A DNA stretch of 62,982 nucleotides from Candidatus Sumerlaeota bacterium (lineage in GTDB: Bacteria; Bacillota; SLNR01), in the NCBI GenBank assembly GCA_007132905.1, contig SLNR01000033.1:1-62982 (forward strand), in the 5' to 3' direction. Numbering within the stretch: position 1 is the stretch's first letter; each line of letters starts with the position of its first letter. A program made the translations under genes and the position numbers. Under the pieces are notes generated by a model. The model was not told where the DNA came from. It was given only the letters and a program-made list of their open reading frames with translations, and ran no database searches. Positions 60,294-62,982 of the stretch are shown in pieces.

Positions 60294-60403
60294 GGAAGTG
60301 TGCCTAGGGTTCCGTAGCTTAGCTGGTCAGGTCCGAGCGGCACAAGGTACTGCTAAAGTGTAGTACCACACCGTGGGTAGAAAAGACCCAAGCGGAAAGT
60401 TCC
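60294..60403 (+). ncRNA. ykkC-class riboswitch, ppGpp-sensing subtype (2a)
   Basis: GGAAGTGTGCCTAGGGTTCCG..GGTCCGAGCGGCACA..ACACCGTGGGTAGAAAAGACCCAAGCGGAAAGTTCC; P0 GGAA/TTCC; A at 60391 before GCGG, where PRPP and guanidine subtypes have G. Confidence 0.85.
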
Positions 60404-60439
60404 TCTCTTTCATGAGTCGGATATCTGCTTGGGTTTTTT
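60386..60439 (+). terminator. Terminator overlapping the ppGpp aptamer 3' end (ON switch)
   Basis: ACCCAAGCGGA...TCTGCTTGGGT-TTTTT. Confidence 0.85.
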
Positions 60440-60454
60440 GTAAAAAAATAACAA

Positions 60455-60731
60455 AAAGCAATGATGGGAATTAGTACAGGATGTTTTGCTGCCACAGAGA
60501 GCCGTGCTGCTGAGAGACGGTCGGCAATTATTTTGGAATCTCCTCCCAAAGCTGCGTACTGAAGGCATTCATTTGCTATTAGGTTTCGCCGGTTAACACA
60601 GGCTACCGTTATCCAGCCGGGGTATCGCTTCTGTTATAGGAAGCCGTACTTGAATGAAACTGCGTTGCAGTCAAGGGTGGTACAGCGGGATAGACTCCCG
60701 TCCCTGGAGAAATTCAAGGATGGGGGTTTTT
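60455..60731 (+). ncRNA. T-box riboswitch (probable Leu CUC specifier) with antiterminator and terminator
   Basis: Stem I with AGTA, AGAGAG and GCTGAGA motifs; GAATCTCC specifier loop; CCGTTA; AAGGGTGGTACAGCG T-box; terminator 60694-60731 ending in TTTTT. Confidence 0.88.
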
Positions 60732-60897
60732 ACTTACTTAAGATAGCAATTTGAGGGGGTGGTTTAATTACCTTATTGGCCTTGGGAACAAAGATAAGCC
60801 GGCAGGAAAGATAATGACCGGCGCAAGAATGACATGGGGATTGACTCAGGAAAAGGGAGTGCAGAGATGTTGAAGGACATAATGATAAGAAAGGCAG

Positions 60898-61824
60898 GTG
60901 GTTACCTTGACGAAGTATATTGTACGTAGACTTCAGCAGTCCGTGCTGGTCATTTTTGGAGTTTCGTTGGTGGTTTTCTTTATCATGCATATGACGGGTG
61001 ACCCTGCCACTCTTATGCTACCTTTGGATGCCACAGCCGAGGAAGTTTATCAGTTTAAGGAATCTTTGGGGTTAAATGATCCTCTTCCTACCCAGTATTT
61101 TCGTTTTCTCGGCGGAGCCGTGCAGGGTGATTTCGGGAACTCACTTCGACATAATTCTCCGGCTCTGCCGTTGGTGATGGAACGCCTTCCGGCAACATTT
61201 CAGCTGACATTTTTGGCTATGGCTATTGCTGTTTTCATCGCGATACCCATTGGGGTTATTTCAGCCACCAGGCGGTATTCCATTTTTGACTATGTGGGAA
61301 CCGTAGGTGGTCTTCTGGGCCAATCGATGCCGGTCTTTTGGCTGGGTATAATGTTAATTTTGCTTTTCGGTGTTCAACTTCAGGTATTGCCGACTTCCGG
61401 TAGAGGAACTTTTGCACATTTAATACTGCCGGCCATCACTCTGGGAACTTATTCCACAGCCACCATCATGAGGCTTTTACGATCAGGGATGGTAGAAGTA
61501 TTAAAGCAGGATTATATAAAAACAGCCCAATCGAAGGGTCTTTCGGAGAAAGTTGTCATTTATAAGCATGCACTCAAGAATGCTCTTATTCCTGTAGCGA
61601 CAGTTATTGGACTCCAGTTCGGGGCTTTGCTCGGCGGAGCCGTGATCACAGAGACAATTTTTGCTTGGCCCGGTGTCGGGCGGCTTGCGATCCAAGCCAT
61701 TAACAATCGGGATCTTCCCTTAGTCCAGTCTATTGTCTTTATTATGGCTTCATCGATTGTTTTAATCAATTTGCTGACGGACGTGGCTTATACCTATCTA
61801 GATCCAAGAATACGATATGATTAG
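60898..61824 (+). CDS. oppB: Peptide ABC transporter permease (OppB/DppB)
   Basis: YIVRRL, GDPA, LGLNDPL..QY, GDFGNS, P.FWLG, DYI.TA.SKG, ETIFAWPGVG; start GTG 60898 or TTG 60907. Confidence 0.92.
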   Translation: MVTLTKYIVRRLQQSVLVIFGVSLVVFFIMHMTGDPATLMLPLDATAEEVYQFKESLGLNDPLPTQYFRFLGGAVQGDFGNSLRHNSPALPLVMERLPATFQLTFLAMAIAVFIAIPIGVISATRRYSIFDYVGTVGGLLGQSMPVFWLGIMLILLFGVQLQVLPTSGRGTFAHLILPAITLGTYSTATIMRLLRSGMVEVLKQDYIKTAQSKGLSEKVVIYKHALKNALIPVATVIGLQFGALLGGAVITETIFAWPGVGRLAIQAINNRDLPLVQSIVFIMASSIVLINLLTDVAYTYLDPRIRYD

Positions 61825-61837
61825 GAGGTGGTGAAAA

Positions 61838-62776
61838 ATGGATGATTACATTGGAACCGTATTGAAAAGACAGAAGGAAGAGGAAGTGGTAGAAGAGGAA
61901 AAGACTCCTTCTGAAACGTCGATAAAGGTTCGCAGAGCGCTGAAAGGATTGGTTAAAAATAAGGCTGCACTCGTTGGGGCGTGTATTTTGGTGGCAGTAG
62001 TGGCAGTTGCTTTAATGGCATCTGTTATTTCACCCTATGATCCTAATTCTCAAAATTTAGCTCTGAGGCTTACTCCGCCGGCTTGGGCTGAAGGGGGAAG
62101 CATCTCCCATGTTTTAGGGACGGATCATCTAGGTAGAGATATATTAAGCAGGCTATTTTTTGGAGCAAGGATTTCCTTAATGGTAGGGGCGGTGGCGGTC
62201 GTTATTTCAGGTTTCCTGGGAACTACATTAGGTCTGTTATCAGGTTTCTATGGGAATAAGGTAGATACGTTTATCATGCGGCTGGCCGATATACAGCTAG
62301 CTTTCCCCTTTATATTGCTTGCTTTGGCTGTTATGGCCGTCCTTGGTAGCGGACTTCGTAATGTTATCATTGTATTAGGCGTAACCGGTTGGGTAATGTA
62401 CGGTCGAGTTGTTCGAAGCGAAGTAATTTCGATTAGAGAAAAAGAATATGTGGAAGCTTCAAGAGCCATCGGGAATAAAGATATCCAGATTATGATGAAG
62501 CATATTCTTCCCAATATTATCAGTACCATCGTGATCATTGGTACTTTGGAAGTAGCCAGGGTTATTATTGCAGAATCAGCCCTGACCTTTTTGGGTTTGG
62601 GTGTGGAACCCTCCATACCAACCTGGGGGAGCATGCTTTCTGATGGCAGAGAGTATATTTCTAATGCCTGGTGGGTAGCTACCTTTCCTGGTTTGGCGAT
62701 CATGTTTACGGTTTTGGGTATCAATCTTGTTGGTGACTGGCTCAGAGACACCCTCGATCCACGTCTAAAAACTTAA
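61838..62776 (+). CDS. oppC: Peptide ABC transporter permease (OppC/DppC)
   Basis: H.LGTD.LGRDI.SR...GARISL, EYVEASRAIG, HILPN, LTFLGLG, PTWG.ML, GDWLRD.LDPR. Confidence 0.92.
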   Translation: MDDYIGTVLKRQKEEEVVEEEKTPSETSIKVRRALKGLVKNKAALVGACILVAVVAVALMASVISPYDPNSQNLALRLTPPAWAEGGSISHVLGTDHLGRDILSRLFFGARISLMVGAVAVVISGFLGTTLGLLSGFYGNKVDTFIMRLADIQLAFPFILLALAVMAVLGSGLRNVIIVLGVTGWVMYGRVVRSEVISIREKEYVEASRAIGNKDIQIMMKHILPNIISTIVIIGTLEVARVIIAESALTFLGLGVEPSIPTWGSMLSDGREYISNAWWVATFPGLAIMFTVLGINLVGDWLRDTLDPRLKT

Positions 62777-62861
62777 ATGACAGACGGCTTTATTCATAGT
62801 TTTACGATAAACGGAAGCCCAAAAATATATAGAAGCATATTTTATCGTCATAAAGTATCTC

Positions 62862-62887
62862 AACACCCGAAAGGGTGTTTTCTTTTT
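62862..62887 (+). terminator. Intrinsic terminator after oppC
   Basis: AACACCC-GAAA-GGGTGTT-TTCTTTTT. Confidence 0.75.
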
Positions 62888-62936
62888 ATCGAGAAGAATA
62901 AATGTAGAATACGAGCAAGTTTTATAGGAGATGATG

Positions 62937-62982
62937 ATGGAGATGAAAGACAAAAATAACAAGAAAAACCCGCCGATAAAAA
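62937..62982 (+). CDS. N-terminus of a gene truncated by the window edge
   Basis: AGGAG SD at 62926-62930 followed by in-frame ATGs and an open frame (MEMKDKNNKKNPPIK) to the end. Confidence 0.45.
   Translation, partial: MEMKDKNNKKNPPIK

Noticed and set aside
60294-60403. Guanidine-I or PRPP identity for the ykkC aptamer
   Set aside because: P0 helix present, A rather than G before GCGG, tandem T-box, and no guanidine or purine genes downstream

Overview
Core-chromosome window of an anaerobic, probably amino-acid/peptide-fermenting Firmicute (Clostridia-like). Almost all genes are on the + strand, and I saw no mobile elements, CRISPR arrays, rRNA or tRNA. Gene order: a divergent TAXI-TRAP binding protein; acpS-nnr-alr; a methylmalonyl-CoA mutase/MeaB/epimerase/Na+-pumping methylmalonyl-CoA decarboxylase operon; DmpA-asparaginase-DppA; BON and DUF362 genes; TPP-riboswitch-led thiDN-thiM-thiE; udg-argS-tsaE-tsaB-rimI-darA-udp-tsaD with a DnaA-box cluster; radical SAM-nfnAB-E1alpha/beta-aldolase; a three-gene split PlsA/Ger-like reductase; a Vor-type 2-oxoacid:ferredoxin oxidoreductase; gamma-CA; buk-pduL; CIRCE-groESL; guaA; a histidine phosphatase; pcrA-ligA; peptide ABC binding protein and ATPases; gatCAB; peptide ABC permeases. 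The main signals are (i) a tandem ppGpp riboswitch plus T-box, a predicted AND gate, in front of peptide permeases that are separated from their binding protein/ATPases, (ii) a TPP aptamer with a 24-nt hairpin-forming insertion in its pyrophosphate-sensing arm, controlling a ThiD whose fused ThiN domain looks catalytically degenerate, (iii) an NfnAB operon with a divergent E1 pair lacking E2/E3 plus an aldolase, (iv) a split, permuted ether-lipid-reductase-like system and (v) an Alr with altered substrate-gate residues. All calls come from reading motifs by eye; no database searches or folding programs were run.
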